A stretch of 64,000 nt of DNA from an uncultured Ignavibacteriaceae bacterium (GCA_964480945.1 CAYZRX010000004.1:13396-77395), one strand, 5' to 3'. Counted from the first letter of the stretch, positions 33,999 to 45,422 are shown. Program-made: numbers and translations. The notes: generated by a model not told the origin, from the sequence alone.

Positions 33999-34807
33999 CC
34001 CACAACCGATCCTGTGAAATCCTGCGTCGACGCCGGCTCGGGTGCGCCGATCGCCGCAGGCGTTCTGACCTCTTCAAACCTGATGCCCCATGAGAGCTCG
34101 AATCCGCGGCGAAGCGCTTGTTCAACCTCATCAAAGGTAACGCGCCTTCCCGCCGCCGCAGAGAGATCAGTCGTTCGTCTCTGCAGCTCTTCACGCATGC
34201 GTTCCCGTGTCCCTTCGTCCGGAAGATTCAAGAAATCAACGATCCTCATATGGTCCGGACCGAGCAGGATTGACCCATGTTGGAGCACCACTTCCTGTCC
34301 ATCGACGCCCACGAATCGCCGCTGGGCGCTCCCGACAAGCTTCCTGCCTGCGACGTGAATTTCATATCGTGCCGCACTCGCAAAGCACGCGGCGGAAGAG
34401 GGCGACTTGTAGAGCGTGGGAAAGTGCGGCTGAGATTTTTCGAGCATCGCATCAATGCCGAATAACCGCAATCCACGGATGAGCGCTTCACTGATCTTCT
34501 GGTACGTTGAGAGGACGCCGTCGCCGCCTGCGGACATAACGACACTGTAGGTCACCTCATCGGAATGGAGGATTGCCCGTCCCCCGGTCGGCCGGCGGAC
34601 CACATCGATGCCCGCCTCGGCGCATTTCTGCAGGTTCACCTCGTCCGGAGACTGATGCCACCCGAGCGAGATCGCGGCGGGTCGCCAGCCATAGATGCGC
34701 ACGATCGAGAGATCGTCGGAGGCACGGAGCGCTCGCGCGAGTCGCTCATCATACGCCATGTTGAAGGCGCCGTTTCTGAATCCCGAATGTTCGAATCGCC
34801 AGATCAT
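33995..34807 (-). CDS. Lipoate-protein ligase / octanoyltransferase family protein (BPL/LPL catalytic domain).
   Basis: 270 aa LplA/LipB-like catalytic domain ([18 protein letters not shown]..., KLVGSAQRR). Confidence 0.6.
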   Translation of the reverse strand: MIWRFEHSGFRNGAFNMAYDERLARALRASDDLSIVRIYGWRPAAISLGWHQSPDEVNLQKCAEAGIDVVRRPTGGRAILHSDEVTYSVVMSAGGDGVLSTYQKISEALIRGLRLFGIDAMLEKSQPHFPTLYKSPSSAACFASAARYEIHVAGRKLVGSAQRRFVGVDGQEVVLQHGSILLGPDHMRIVDFLNLPDEGTRERMREELQRRTTDLSAAAGRRVTFDEVEQALRRGFELSWGIRFEEVRTPAAIGAPEPASTQDFTGSVVG

Positions 34808-34809
34808 CT

Positions 34810-35598
34810 TTAGTGCGTGTGACCGGGGATGATTCCCCGCTCACTCCCCGCAATGAACTTGAGAACGTTTTGCACCTCGGGGGTCTGCTCGATATCCTCT
34901 TTGATTCGGGCGACGGCTTGAGTGACGTTGAGGTTCGAACGATACAGCAAGCGGTAGGTCTTCTCGAGAAGCTCGATCGAGGGTGCGGAGAATCCCCGTC
35001 GACGCAGGCCGATGATATTCAACCGCTCGAAGACCAGCGGCGCGCCGCCTGCCAGGATATAGGGTGGAACATCTTTCGTTGCCCGGAAACCTCCCCCTAT
35101 CATCACGTGATCACCGACGTGGCAAAACTGATGCACCGGGCTCAGTCCCCCAATGATCACCCAGTTCCCGAGCGTGACGTGGCCGCCAAGTGCCACGCAG
35201 TTCGCCAGGATTGCGTTGTCACCGACAACGCAGTCGTGGGCCACGTGTGCGTACGCCATAAACAGGCAATCGTTTCCGATCACCGTTTTGCCGGTCTCGA
35301 CCGTCCCGCGATTGAGTGTGACGAACTCTCTCACGACAGCTCTATCGCCCACCTCGAGGAGGGTCGGCTCCCCTCTGTACTTGAGGTCTTGCGGCGGGCC
35401 GCCGACCGCCGCAGCCTGATGGATTTTACAATCGCGCCCCAGGCGCACACCGCTGTGGACAACCGCGTGGGCACCAACCCACGTTCCATCGCCGATGAAG
35501 ACATCATCTTCGATGACGGCGAAGGGGCCTATCTGAACGTTTTCTCCAAGGGAGGCCTTTGGACTGACGCATGCGCGCTGATCGATCTGGACGGGCAT
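34810..35598 (-). CDS. lpxA: Acyl-ACP:UDP-N-acetylglucosamine O-acyltransferase.
   Basis: Left-handed beta-helix hexapeptide repeats and LpxA-specific C-terminus. Confidence 0.9.
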   Translation of the reverse strand: MPVQIDQRACVSPKASLGENVQIGPFAVIEDDVFIGDGTWVGAHAVVHSGVRLGRDCKIHQAAAVGGPPQDLKYRGEPTLLEVGDRAVVREFVTLNRGTVETGKTVIGNDCLFMAYAHVAHDCVVGDNAILANCVALGGHVTLGNWVIIGGLSPVHQFCHVGDHVMIGGGFRATKDVPPYILAGGAPLVFERLNIIGLRRRGFSAPSIELLEKTYRLLYRSNLNVTQAVARIKEDIEQTPEVQNVLKFIAGSERGIIPGHTH

Positions 35599-37067
35599 CA
35601 GGAAGTGGAATTCTTGTTGAGGGAGGAGAGTTGACGTGCTTCAGGCTGTTCTTCGAACTTGGGTCGGTTGTTGTCTCGATCGACGATCGCCGCCGTGAAA
35701 TCTCCTTCCGCGACCAGGTTGCCGTCAACGTACGCCTGACCGCGCACCTGAATGACCTTCGATCGACGACTGACCATCTGGACGTCAAGGACCAGCTGGT
35801 CCCCCGGGACGACCGGCCTGCGAAACTTCACGTTGTTGATCGACATGAAGTAGACGAGCTTGTTGCCGGGGTTCTCAAGTCCATTAAGCATCAACACACC
35901 GCCCGCTTGGGCGAGCGCTTCGATGATCAACACTCCCGGCATGACGGGCTGGCCGGGGAAGTGACCCTGGAAGAAGGGCTCGTTCAGCGTTACGTTCTTC
36001 ACCCCGACGACCTTTTCATCGAGCCGGAAATCGACGATCTTGTCGACAAGAAGGAACGGATAGCGATGGGGAAGGATCTTCTGGATCGCGTTCACGTCGA
36101 AGACCGTTCCCTCCTTCTTCACGTACATGTACTTCTTGACCAGTTTCTTCTGCTGGTACAGCTTTCGCACCTTCCGGGCAAACTCAACGTTGCTGGCATG
36201 CCCCGGTCGAGCGGCAAGGATCTGGGCTTTGAGCGGCACGCCGATGAGCGCGAGATCACCCATGAGATCGACAAGCTTATGGCGGGCCGGCTCGTTCTTG
36301 TAGTGAAGCTTCTTGTCGTTCAAGATCCCCGACTGACCGAGGATAACGGAGTGATCGATTCGGAGCTTGACCGCGAGCTTTTTGAGATCATGATCGCTCA
36401 GCTCACGATCGACAATGACGATCGCGTTGTCGAGATTCCCTCCTTTGATGAGCCCCTGATCATACAACATCTCGACCTCGTGGAGAAAACAGAACGTGCG
36501 AGCAGGCGAGAACTCGTCCACGAACTCCTTCTCGAGATTGAACAAGCCGGTGTGCTGGCTCCCGAGCGCCGGGTTGTGATAGTCGACCAGAACGGTGATC
36601 CGGTAATCGTCCGTCGGGAGTGCGACGATATCGACCCCTTTTTCCTCATTGATGTATTCGATCGTCTGGTCGATGATCAGGTAGTCCTTCGGCGCTTCTT
36701 GCTCCTGGACGCCGGCCTGCAGCACCATGTCCACAAACGGCTTCGTGCTGCCGTCCGCGATCGGCGGCTCGATGTTGTCGAGTTCGATGATGACGTTGTC
36801 AACCTGCAGCCCGACGAACGCTGCGAGGACGTGTTCGACCGTGTGCACCCGGGCGTCACCGATGCCGATGGTTGTGCCCCGTGCGACATCGATAACGTGG
36901 TCAACATCCGCGGGGATCTCCGGCGCGCCGCCCATGTCGACCCGACGAAATCGGATCCCATAGTTCTCCGGTGCCGGCTTGAAGGTCATCGTCGTCTCTA
37001 CACCGGTGTGCAAACCGACGCCGGTCATCGTTACCGGCCGCTTGATGGTATGTTGCTGAACGAGCAT
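35598..37067 (-). CDS. lpxC: Bifunctional UDP-3-O-acyl-GlcNAc deacetylase LpxC fused to 3-hydroxyacyl-ACP dehydratase FabZ.
   Basis: ORF 35598..37196 trimmed to MLVQQHTIKRPV. The N-terminal ~300 aa match LpxC. The C-terminal ~150 aa match FabZ (hot-dog fold, HFPGQPVMPGVLIIEALAQ). Confidence 0.9.
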   Translation of the reverse strand: MLVQQHTIKRPVTMTGVGLHTGVETTMTFKPAPENYGIRFRRVDMGGAPEIPADVDHVIDVARGTTIGIGDARVHTVEHVLAAFVGLQVDNVIIELDNIEPPIADGSTKPFVDMVLQAGVQEQEAPKDYLIIDQTIEYINEEKGVDIVALPTDDYRITVLVDYHNPALGSQHTGLFNLEKEFVDEFSPARTFCFLHEVEMLYDQGLIKGGNLDNAIVIVDRELSDHDLKKLAVKLRIDHSVILGQSGILNDKKLHYKNEPARHKLVDLMGDLALIGVPLKAQILAARPGHASNVEFARKVRKLYQQKKLVKKYMYVKKEGTVFDVNAIQKILPHRYPFLLVDKIVDFRLDEKVVGVKNVTLNEPFFQGHFPGQPVMPGVLIIEALAQAGGVLMLNGLENPGNKLVYFMSINNVKFRRPVVPGDQLVLDVQMVSRRSKVIQVRGQAYVDGNLVAEGDFTAAIVDRDNNRPKFEEQPEARQLSSLNKNSTS

Positions 37068-37092
37068 ACTCTCTCCTCTTCGGGAACGTTCG

Positions 37093-38154
37093 TCAATGGG
37101 CCTTCTGTTCAATTCTCTCGCGCAACTCTTCGACTCTCTTCTGAAGCTCGCGGAGCTCCTGCGCCAGTTCAGGCAGGGAGCGCAACACTGCTTCAATCCT
37201 CAACGCTCTTCCGTGCTCTTTCGCCGGATAGCCAAAATACGATTTGCCCGGCTCGGTAATTGACTTCGGGACACCCGATTGTGCCATGATGATCGTCCGA
37301 TCTGCAATCTCAATGTGACCCACCATCCCGACCTGCCCCGCGATCATGCAGTTCTTCCCGATCTTCGTGCTCCCGCTGATCCCTGTCTGCGCGGCGATAA
37401 CCGTATGGTCGCCCACGCTCACGTTGTGCGCGAGATGCACCAGGTTGTCGAGTTTCACGCCCCGGTGGATGGTCGTTTGTCCCATCGTCGCACGGTCGAT
37501 CGTGCAATTCGCACCGATCTCCACGTCATCCTCAATCACCACGATCCCAAGCTGCGGTATCTTCTCGTACGTACCATCCGGCTGCGGCGCGAATCCAAAG
37601 CCGTCACTTCCAATCACCACACCGGAGTGAATGATTGCTCTGCTGCCGACCTTGCACTGATGATAGACGGTGACGCGCGGGTAGAAGAGGCAATCCTGGC
37701 CGATCTCCGCCTCATCACCGACAACGCATCCATGGGAAATCCTCGTGTTGTCGCCGATCACGGCATTCTTTCCGACAACGACGTGCGCTCCCAGGCTCAC
37801 GTTCGCCCCCAGCTTCGCCGATTCGTCGACGACGGCGGTGGAATGGACTCCCGTCGGAAAGGGATCCGGGATCCGGGTGATGCTCTTCAGAACCGTCAGG
37901 AAGGCCAGGTAAGGATCGTGGACTCGGATAAAAGTGATCGACGGCTGTCGCCGATAGCGGCCCGTGTCGAGCTTTGCCGAAACGAGGACGGCGGAGGCTT
38001 TCGTCGTCCCCAGGAATTTTTCATACTTCGGATTCGCAACGAACGTGAGATCGCCGGCCACGGCCTCTTCAATTTTCGCGACTCGCGCAATCTCCAGGTT
38101 CCCGTCTCCTTCAATCTCCCCCCGCACGAGTGCTGCAACCTCTCGAACGTTCAT
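37093..38154 (-). CDS. lpxD: UDP-3-O-acylglucosamine N-acyltransferase.
   Basis: LpxD N-terminal domain followed by hexapeptide repeats. MNVREVAAL aligns with the E. coli LpxD N-terminus. An alternative upstream ATG at 38172 overlaps the skp stop as ATGA. Confidence 0.9.
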   Translation of the reverse strand: MNVREVAALVRGEIEGDGNLEIARVAKIEEAVAGDLTFVANPKYEKFLGTTKASAVLVSAKLDTGRYRRQPSITFIRVHDPYLAFLTVLKSITRIPDPFPTGVHSTAVVDESAKLGANVSLGAHVVVGKNAVIGDNTRISHGCVVGDEAEIGQDCLFYPRVTVYHQCKVGSRAIIHSGVVIGSDGFGFAPQPDGTYEKIPQLGIVVIEDDVEIGANCTIDRATMGQTTIHRGVKLDNLVHLAHNVSVGDHTVIAAQTGISGSTKIGKNCMIAGQVGMVGHIEIADRTIIMAQSGVPKSITEPGKSYFGYPAKEHGRALRIEAVLRSLPELAQELRELQKRVEELRERIEQKAH

Positions 38155-38168
38155 GCGAGTTCCTGCCG

Positions 38169-38702
38169 TCATTTGGCTCCGGTTGGGGCAATGTTCAGCT
38201 TGTCGAGGACTTTCGGGGTAAGGTCGAATTTAGGGTTCGCGTACATGAGCAGGATCTGGCCGCTCTTGTCGAAGACGTAGTCGTACCCTTCCTCCAGCGC
38301 GACACCCTGGATCGCCTTGAAGACGCGATCCTGCACGGGCTTCATAAGCTCATTTTGCTTCGCGAACAGCTCTCCGTTCTGACCGAACTTCTTGTTGCGA
38401 TAGTCAGCGATCTTCTGGTCGAGATCGCGCAGCTCCCGTTCCGTATCCGCGCGGCGCTGCTCGGTCATGATCAGCTTTCGCTGGTCGTACTCGTCCAGCT
38501 TACTCTGCCAATCCTGCTGCATCTTGTTGAGCTCGCCCTGCCACTGGACGACAAGCGCATCCAGCTGCTTCTGAGCGTCCTGTGCGTCGGGCAATTGCTT
38601 CATGATCGCTTCCGAGCTCACGAAGCCGATTTTCGCTTGAGCGAGCGCAAGCGAGCCGCCCGCGATCAGCAACGCCATACAGGCGACCGTTCGTTTCTTC
38701 AT
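38169..38702 (-). CDS. skp: OmpH/Skp periplasmic chaperone.
   Basis: Trimmed to MKKRTVAC. Signal peptide followed by a long Q/K-rich coiled coil typical of Skp. Confidence 0.75.
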   Translation of the reverse strand: MKKRTVACMALLIAGGSLALAQAKIGFVSSEAIMKQLPDAQDAQKQLDALVVQWQGELNKMQQDWQSKLDEYDQRKLIMTEQRRADTERELRDLDQKIADYRNKKFGQNGELFAKQNELMKPVQDRVFKAIQGVALEEGYDYVFDKSGQILLMYANPKFDLTPKVLDKLNIAPTGAK

Positions 38703-38773
38703 GGCTTCCCCTCTCTTTCCATTTCGCACAACAAATGATTCTTTCTCACACCGTCATCCTGCAGCGTTTGGGC

Positions 38774-39313
38774 CTACTTTCCTTTCGTCGAGCTTCCCCT
38801 CTTGAGCCGATCGAGGACCCTATACGTGAGATCGACTCTCGCGTCCGCGTACAGCACGTTCGCCCGGTCGAACACGAAGGTGTACCCGTCCTCCTTCGCC
38901 ACGGCCTCGATGGCCTTCAGCACTTTGTCACGAATCGGCGCGAGTCTCTTCTCTTTCTCAACCACAGCCTCGCCCGTTCTCGGATCGAGCTTCTTCGTGT
39001 AATAGTCCCGGATCTGCTGATTGATATCTTGGAGACGTTTTTGCTCGATGTCCTTCGCCGCCACACTCATCACTGCCTGTCGATTCTGATAGTCTTCCAC
39101 TTGCTTCTGGAAGTTGTCGCTCATTTGCTGAACAGAGTCCTGCCAAGCCTTGACCATAACATCCAGTTCCTTGGAGGCTTGTTGAGCTTCGGGAAGGTCA
39201 CCCAAGATCTTCTCCGAATCGACGAAGGCCGATTTGCCCGATTGGGCAGCCGCGACCGCCACGAGAACGATCGAAGCGACGACCAGATTCCAGACGAAAC
39301 GATAGTTCTTCAC
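38774..39313 (-). CDS. skp: OmpH/Skp periplasmic chaperone, second paralog.
   Basis: 179 aa with signal peptide and coiled-coil Skp architecture, in tandem with the first copy. Confidence 0.75.
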   Translation of the reverse strand: MKNYRFVWNLVVASIVLVAVAAAQSGKSAFVDSEKILGDLPEAQQASKELDVMVKAWQDSVQQMSDNFQKQVEDYQNRQAVMSVAAKDIEQKRLQDINQQIRDYYTKKLDPRTGEAVVEKEKRLAPIRDKVLKAIEAVAKEDGYTFVFDRANVLYADARVDLTYRVLDRLKRGSSTKGK

Positions 39314-39365
39314 GATGTCCTCAAGTTGAATAGAGTTGATGTGTTATGTAGTTACGAGCTGTGGG

Positions 39366-41735
39366 CTAGAACGTCTTTCCGAATTGGAAATGGAACTTCC
39401 ATCCCGAAGGGGGGCCTCCGGGCGTTGGGGGGTCGAACCCGTATCCGTAGTCGAAACCAACCAGACCGATTGGATTGATCAACAAGCGTACTCCAACGCC
39501 AGCGGAACGTCTCAGGTCAAGGGGGTCTGAGACCTTCGGGGTCAGCCAAACGTTTCCGGCCTCCGCGAAGGCCAAGGTGTAGATCGGGATGGGATTAATC
39601 GCAAGAGCGAAGCGCAGCTCGGCCGTGTGCTTGATGAAAGATTGTCCGCCAACGACCGTGCCGTTCGGCTGTCGAGGCCCAACACTCCGATCGTCGTATC
39701 CCCGAAGCGGCGTCGTCGAAAACTGGCCGAGGCCGGTCCCGCCCATATAGAAGTACTCGTATGGCGGAATGAGCGGATTGTTCTCGAACCCGAAAATGAA
39801 CCCGATCGTGCTGGACGCCATGAACGCGATGCGCGAGCTTCCTCCGATCGGCACGTACCACTCCGCGCTGAACACGTGTTTATGAAAACGGGAGTTGCCG
39901 GGCAAGAACGGTCCGCCGTTGATCTCAGTCAAGAGCGAGAAGCTCGAGCCTCTCGTCGGGAAAATCGGGCTGTCCATGCTGTTGCGAGAGATGACCTGGC
40001 TGATTCCGACTTGGCTCGTGACTCCCTCCGGGAAATAACCGCCGCCGTTGACGACATTGTTCCTCTGAAAGGTGAAGGTCCAGTTGCCCCGGAAGAGGAA
40101 ATCGGGCCATTTGAACCGTCGACCCACGCGGACCGAGCCGCCCGTCATCCGCATATCGTAGTAGAACATCTGGCGCGAATCGAACAGGTTGACACCGAAC
40201 AGCGTGGGGGTATCGAACATCCACGGTTCCTGAAAGCCGATACTGAACGTGCGAAACCGGTTCCCCTCGCCGAATTCCCAGTCGAAGGACATCACCTGTC
40301 CTGCACCACCCCGAAAAGGTTCGCGGAGTGAGAAGTTGTTGAAGGTAAGCCCGAGTGCCCCGTTGAAGCCGTAGTAGCCGCTATAACCGACGGACATATT
40401 GAACGTGTCGCTTGACTTCTCCTCGACGTCGTATACGAGGTCGACCGTTCCTTTCTCCACATCCAGCTCGCGGGTATCCGGCTTGATCTTTTCAGGATTG
40501 AAGTAATTGAGCTGGGCAAGCTGGCGGGCGCTGTTCATCACGGCCTGCCGGCTGAAGAAATCCCCTGGCCGCGTGTAGAGCTCGCGTCGGATCACTTTCT
40601 CGTAGGTTTTCGTGTTGCCCGTAATAAAGACCTGGCCGATGCGAAACTGCTTTCCCTCCCGGACTTGCATGGTGATATCCACACTGTCGCCCGGCACACG
40701 ATTTTCCTCCGGCTCCACCTGGAACATGAGGTAGCCATTGTTCATGTACAGCGAGTACACATCGGTTTCTTCCTCGCTCCGATACAGATTCTTCTCAAAC
40801 TTCTCTTTGTCGTAGATGTCCCCTTTCTGAAACCCCAGACGGGCGTCCAACACTTGCGACCGGTAGACGGTATTCCCCTCCCACAGGATGTTTCTCACCC
40901 GATACTGCGGCCCCTCGTATACCCAGATATCGATCGTGAGGTATCTCTTCGATTCATCATAACGGAGCGAATCGGTGAGGATCTCGGCATCGATATATCC
41001 GTTCTTCCGGTAGAAGCTGAGGATCAGCTGCTTGTCCTCCTGGTACTTTTTCCGGTCGAACTTGTTGGTCGCCCAGAATTTCCACCAATGGCGTTCCGAA
41101 GTCTCCTTCATCTCCCCCCTCAGATCGCCATCGTCGAACTGCTTGTTGCCGAAGAATTGGATCAGGTCAACCTTCACCTTGGGCCCCTCGTCGATCATAA
41201 GGCTGAGCACAACACGGCTCTCGCTGGAGTCCACAGACACGAGCTTCGGCTCCACGGTCGCATTCAGGTATCCGTCCTCGTCATATTTCTGCTTGAGCAG
41301 GCGTTTCACCGTCGAAAGGTCCTGCCGCGTGATGAGTTGTCCGCGCACGAGATTGATCTTCTTCAAAATGTCATCTTCGCTCAGCTCGTCGTTTCCCTTC
41401 ACTTCGATCCGTTCCAGCCGCGGGTTCTCTTTGACGTGGATGAGCAGGTAGATCCCTTCCGGCGTACGCCGCTCGATCAGGATCTGAATATCATCGAAGA
41501 GCCGAAGGCCGTAAAGACGCTCGATCGCAATGCGCGTCTGATCTCCGGGGATGGTGAGCTCATCGCCCACCTTCAGGCCGGTGTTCGCAATGATGGCGGC
41601 GGGATCGGCCGATCGCTGGCCCTCGACCGAGATGCCGAGGATCTTGTACGTCTGCGGCTGTTGCTGAGCAATCGCTGCGGCAAACGAGGTGAGGAAACAG
41701 AGAAAGAGAAGAAGGAATCTAGTGCTTCGCGACAC
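39366..41735 (-). CDS. bamA: Outer membrane protein assembly factor BamA.
   Basis: 789 aa. Signal peptide, POTRA repeats, C-terminal 16-strand barrel ending ...FHFQFGKTF. Confidence 0.9.
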   Translation of the reverse strand: MSRSTRFLLLFLCFLTSFAAAIAQQQPQTYKILGISVEGQRSADPAAIIANTGLKVGDELTIPGDQTRIAIERLYGLRLFDDIQILIERRTPEGIYLLIHVKENPRLERIEVKGNDELSEDDILKKINLVRGQLITRQDLSTVKRLLKQKYDEDGYLNATVEPKLVSVDSSESRVVLSLMIDEGPKVKVDLIQFFGNKQFDDGDLRGEMKETSERHWWKFWATNKFDRKKYQEDKQLILSFYRKNGYIDAEILTDSLRYDESKRYLTIDIWVYEGPQYRVRNILWEGNTVYRSQVLDARLGFQKGDIYDKEKFEKNLYRSEEETDVYSLYMNNGYLMFQVEPEENRVPGDSVDITMQVREGKQFRIGQVFITGNTKTYEKVIRRELYTRPGDFFSRQAVMNSARQLAQLNYFNPEKIKPDTRELDVEKGTVDLVYDVEEKSSDTFNMSVGYSGYYGFNGALGLTFNNFSLREPFRGGAGQVMSFDWEFGEGNRFRTFSIGFQEPWMFDTPTLFGVNLFDSRQMFYYDMRMTGGSVRVGRRFKWPDFLFRGNWTFTFQRNNVVNGGGYFPEGVTSQVGISQVISRNSMDSPIFPTRGSSFSLLTEINGGPFLPGNSRFHKHVFSAEWYVPIGGSSRIAFMASSTIGFIFGFENNPLIPPYEYFYMGGTGLGQFSTTPLRGYDDRSVGPRQPNGTVVGGQSFIKHTAELRFALAINPIPIYTLAFAEAGNVWLTPKVSDPLDLRRSAGVGVRLLINPIGLVGFDYGYGFDPPTPGGPPSGWKFHFQFGKTF

Positions 41736-42582
41736 TTTTCAAAAACCTTTCCATCCCTCGTAGGGGAACCGCACGATTTCGTTCGTCTGTCTGAATCTGT
41801 TCGCTCACCATGCCGAAACGGCGCTCGCGGTGCTGAAACTCTGCTATTACTGAATACAGATCCTTCCGGCGGAATGAAGGCCAGTATTTCGGCGATATAA
41901 AGAGCTCGCTGTACGCGATCTGCCAGGTCAGGAAGTTGCTGATCCGAAACTCTCCGCTGGTTCTGATCAGCAGATCCGGATCCGGGAAATCCTTCGTCGA
42001 GAGGTAACTGGCGATACGGTCCTGGCTGATATCCTCCGGTCTGAGGGTCCCTGACCGGACATCATCCACTATTCGCCTGACGGCATTGGTGATGTCCCAC
42101 CTCCCGCTGTAGCTCAGAGCCAAGATCAACGTCAGTCCTGTGTTTCGCTTCATCGTCTCGATGCCGTCCAAGAGCTCATCCTGGACATCCTGCGGGAGCG
42201 CGGCAAGGTCGCCGATCGCTTTGAGCTGCACTTCGTTCTTGTGCAGCCGGTCCCTTTCGTCGCGCAGGGCCTTGAGCAGCAGGCGCATCAGCATCGAGAC
42301 TTCGTCCCGCGGCCTCTTCCAGTTCTCGGTGGAGAACGCATACAGTGTGAGGTACTTCACGCCGAGCTGGCCGCACGCTTCGACGATATCGCGGACAGAG
42401 TTCACGCCCTCCCGATGCCCGGCTATCCGGGGCAGGCCTCGGCGCTGAGCCCACCTTCCGTTGCCATCCATGATGATGGCGATGTGTTTGGGAATCTCAC
42501 CCGATTCCAAGATGCGTTCTTGGAGCTTCCGATCGTGACCTGTCGCTTTCTCCAGTGCCACTCTTGTTTCTTTCTCCTCCAA
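41719..42582 (-). CDS. uppS: Isoprenyl transferase (undecaprenyl-diphosphate synthase).
   Basis: IAIIMDGNGRWAQRRGL...HREG motif. About 35 aa of C-terminal extension overlaps the bamA start by 17 nt. Confidence 0.9.
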   Translation of the reverse strand: MEEKETRVALEKATGHDRKLQERILESGEIPKHIAIIMDGNGRWAQRRGLPRIAGHREGVNSVRDIVEACGQLGVKYLTLYAFSTENWKRPRDEVSMLMRLLLKALRDERDRLHKNEVQLKAIGDLAALPQDVQDELLDGIETMKRNTGLTLILALSYSGRWDITNAVRRIVDDVRSGTLRPEDISQDRIASYLSTKDFPDPDLLIRTSGEFRISNFLTWQIAYSELFISPKYWPSFRRKDLYSVIAEFQHRERRFGMVSEQIQTDERNRAVPLRGMERFLKSVAKH

Positions 42583-42713
42583 TATCGTTGCGGCGCAACA
42601 AAAAATTTAACCTTTTTTGAAAAGAAAGTCAAAGAAAACCGCGGAAACGCACCTCAAAAGGTTACGCAATTGACTTAAAGAAGAATCGAGATCCAACGAC
42701 GGAAGCCTTCATC

Positions 42714-42742
42714 TTGACTGCCCTTTCATTTTTGGTTATATT
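42714..42742 (+). promoter_or_regulatory. Candidate clpC promoter: TTGACT-N17-TATATT, in an AT-rich divergent region.
   Basis: Hexamers read directly from the sequence. The -10 region (TATATTGA) also approximates the Bacteroidetes -7 box TAnnTTTG. It lies about 80 nt upstream of the clpC ATG. Confidence 0.4.
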
Positions 42743-42825
42743 GACCTCGGAAACCCATCTGCCGGCTTTTGCGTTGGTAGATTGAGGGAAGGTGGTAACC
42801 GCTTCACTAACATACGAGAGTCTCG

Positions 42826-45327
42826 ATGGAAGGTAATTTTTCAAACAGAGTCCAGGACGTCATCCGCCTCAGTCGGGAAGAAGCACTCCGTCTCGGGCAT
42901 GACTACATTGGTACAGAGCATCTGCTCCTCGGGATTATCCGCGAGGGCGAGGGGATCGCAGTGAAGATCCTCCGGAACCTGGGCGTCGATCTCTACAAGC
43001 TGAAGAAGGCGATCGAAGACACCGTCCGGACGTCGGGCGGAACCCTCACCATCGGCAACATTCCTTTGACGAAACAGGCGGAAAAGGTACTCAAGATCAC
43101 CTATCTGGAAGCCAAGCTTTACAAGTCGGATGTTATCGGCACAGAGCATCTCCTGCTCTCACTCCTTCGAGACGACGACAATATCGCTGCGCAGATTCTG
43201 CATCAGTTTAATGTCCACTATGACGTTGTCAGGAATGAACTTGACAACATCATTTCGGGCAAACCCTCAACGCCGCCTGCAGCGCACATGACGGAGAAGA
43301 AACAGGAGAAATCAAAAACCCCCGTTTTGGACAACTTCGGGCGTGACCTCACCAAGCTAGCTCTGGAGAACAAGCTCGACCCGATCGTCGGGCGGGAGAA
43401 GGAGATCGAGCGGGTCGCCCAGGTGCTGAGCAGGCGCAAGAAGAACAATCCGGTCCTCATCGGCGAACCGGGTGTCGGCAAATCTGCCATCGCGGAAGGC
43501 TTGGCGTTGCGGATCGTTCAGAAAAAGGTCTCGAGGGTGCTGCACGACAAGCGCGTCGTAACGTTGGACCTGGCGGCCCTCGTCGCCGGCACGAAGTATC
43601 GCGGCCAATTCGAAGAGCGTATGAAGGCCGTGATGAATGAATTGGAGAAAGCGAAAGACGTTATCCTCTTCATCGATGAGCTCCACACGATCGTCGGAGC
43701 CGGGGGAGCCAGCGGCTCTCTCGACGCCTCGAACATGTTCAAGCCTGCGCTGGCGCGCGGCGAGCTGCAGTGCATCGGAGCGACCACGCTCGACGAGTAC
43801 CGGCAGTATATTGAGAAGGACGGGGCTCTCGACCGACGGTTTCAAAAGATCATGGTGGATCCGACGACCGTTGAAGAGACGATCAAGATCCTTCAGAATA
43901 TCAAGCAGAATTACGAAGAACATCACGGCGTGCGGTATAATGAGGAAGCGATTGACGCAGCCGTCCGGTTGAGCGACCGCTACATCACGGACCGGTATTT
44001 GCCGGACAAAGCGATCGACGTTATGGACGAGGCGGGTTCGCGCGTTCACCTGGCGAACATCGTCGTACCGAAGGAAATTCTGCAGCTCGAGGAAGAAATT
44101 GAGAAGATCAAGCAGGCGAAGAACCAGGTCGTCAAGAACCAGAATTTTGAGGAAGCGGCGCGCCTCCGGGACCTCGAGAAGAAGTTGCTGAGCGATCTGG
44201 AGATCGCAAAGCGTGAATGGGAATTGAAATCGCAGGACCTTGTGTTCGATGTCACGGAGGAGAATTGCGCTGAGGTCGTTTCCATGATGACCGGCATTCC
44301 GGTCAACAGGGTCGCCCAGAGCGAGTCGGAAAAGCTTCTGAAGATGGAGGAAGCTCTCAGCGCCGTGATCGTCGGTCAGGACGAAGCCATCAAGAAGCTT
44401 ACGCGAGCGATCCGCAGGACCCGCGCCGGATTGAAGGATCCCAAGCGGCCGATCGGCTCGTTCATCTTCCTCGGCCCGACAGGCGTCGGAAAGACTGAGA
44501 TGGCGAAAGCCCTCGCGCGCTACCTCTTCGATTCCGAGGACGCCCTGATCCGGATCGATATGAGCGAGTACATGGAGAAGTTCTCCGTCTCCCGGCTGGT
44601 CGGGGCACCCCCGGGCTACGTCGGCTATGAGGAGGGGGGACAACTAACGGAGAAGGTGCGCCGCAAACCGTACTCCGTCGTCCTCCTGGACGAGATCGAG
44701 AAGGCTCATCCCGACGTCTTCAACATCTTGCTGCAGGTGCTTGACGACGGCATTCTGACCGATAGCCTCGGACGGCGCGTGGATTTCAAGAACACGATTC
44801 TCATTATGACCTCCAATATCGGCTCACGCGATATCAAGGTGACCGGCGGATTCGGCTTCGGGACGCAAACCCACGAGGACAAGTACGCCGCGATGAAAGG
44901 GCATATCGAAGATGCTCTCAAGCGGGTCTTCAATCCGGAGTTTCTCAACCGGGTCGACGACACCATCGTGTTCCACAATCTCGAACGGGAACATATCCTC
45001 CAGATTATCGACATCGGCTTCCAGGAACTCCTCAAGCGCATGAACGCGATGGGGATCGAGGTGGGGTTGACCGGCGCCGCAAAGGAGTTCCTGGCAGACA
45101 AAGGCTTCGACCCGGCGTTTGGCGCTCGTCCGCTGAGACGGGCCATTCAAAAGTACGTCGAGGACCCCCTCGCGGAAGAGATCCTCAAGGGGACCTTTGC
45201 CCACGGAAGCAAGATCAAGGTCAAGTTCAGCAAGAAAGCTGAAGAGCTTGTCTTCGTCGATTCCTCGAAAGACAACGGCGGGGATGCGTTGAAAGAACAT
45301 GACGAAGAAGTCGCTGATGCGACCTAG
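42826..45327 (+). CDS. clpC: ATP-dependent Clp protease ATP-binding subunit ClpC.
   Basis: Duplicated Clp N-domain, two AAA+ modules ([15 protein letters not shown]; [15 protein letters not shown]), UVR-like linker. Confidence 0.95.
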   Translation: MEGNFSNRVQDVIRLSREEALRLGHDYIGTEHLLLGIIREGEGIAVKILRNLGVDLYKLKKAIEDTVRTSGGTLTIGNIPLTKQAEKVLKITYLEAKLYKSDVIGTEHLLLSLLRDDDNIAAQILHQFNVHYDVVRNELDNIISGKPSTPPAAHMTEKKQEKSKTPVLDNFGRDLTKLALENKLDPIVGREKEIERVAQVLSRRKKNNPVLIGEPGVGKSAIAEGLALRIVQKKVSRVLHDKRVVTLDLAALVAGTKYRGQFEERMKAVMNELEKAKDVILFIDELHTIVGAGGASGSLDASNMFKPALARGELQCIGATTLDEYRQYIEKDGALDRRFQKIMVDPTTVEETIKILQNIKQNYEEHHGVRYNEEAIDAAVRLSDRYITDRYLPDKAIDVMDEAGSRVHLANIVVPKEILQLEEEIEKIKQAKNQVVKNQNFEEAARLRDLEKKLLSDLEIAKREWELKSQDLVFDVTEENCAEVVSMMTGIPVNRVAQSESEKLLKMEEALSAVIVGQDEAIKKLTRAIRRTRAGLKDPKRPIGSFIFLGPTGVGKTEMAKALARYLFDSEDALIRIDMSEYMEKFSVSRLVGAPPGYVGYEEGGQLTEKVRRKPYSVVLLDEIEKAHPDVFNILLQVLDDGILTDSLGRRVDFKNTILIMTSNIGSRDIKVTGGFGFGTQTHEDKYAAMKGHIEDALKRVFNPEFLNRVDDTIVFHNLEREHILQIIDIGFQELLKRMNAMGIEVGLTGAAKEFLADKGFDPAFGARPLRRAIQKYVEDPLAEEILKGTFAHGSKIKVKFSKKAEELVFVDSSKDNGGDALKEHDEEVADAT

Positions 45328-45356
45328 TGAGCTCACCTCATGACAGAGGTGATACG

Positions 45357-45387
45357 ATCCCTCGATGAACTCGAGGGATTTTTTTTC
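45357..45387 (+). terminator. Rho-independent terminator after clpC.
   Basis: ATCCCTCGA-TGAAC-TCGAGGGAT followed by TTTTTTTT. A second small hairpin (TCACCTC...GAGGTGA) lies just upstream. Confidence 0.75.
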
Positions 45388-45422
45388 TCCTCTCTCGAGC
45401 ACTGTACCGCGAGCCCTGAGAC

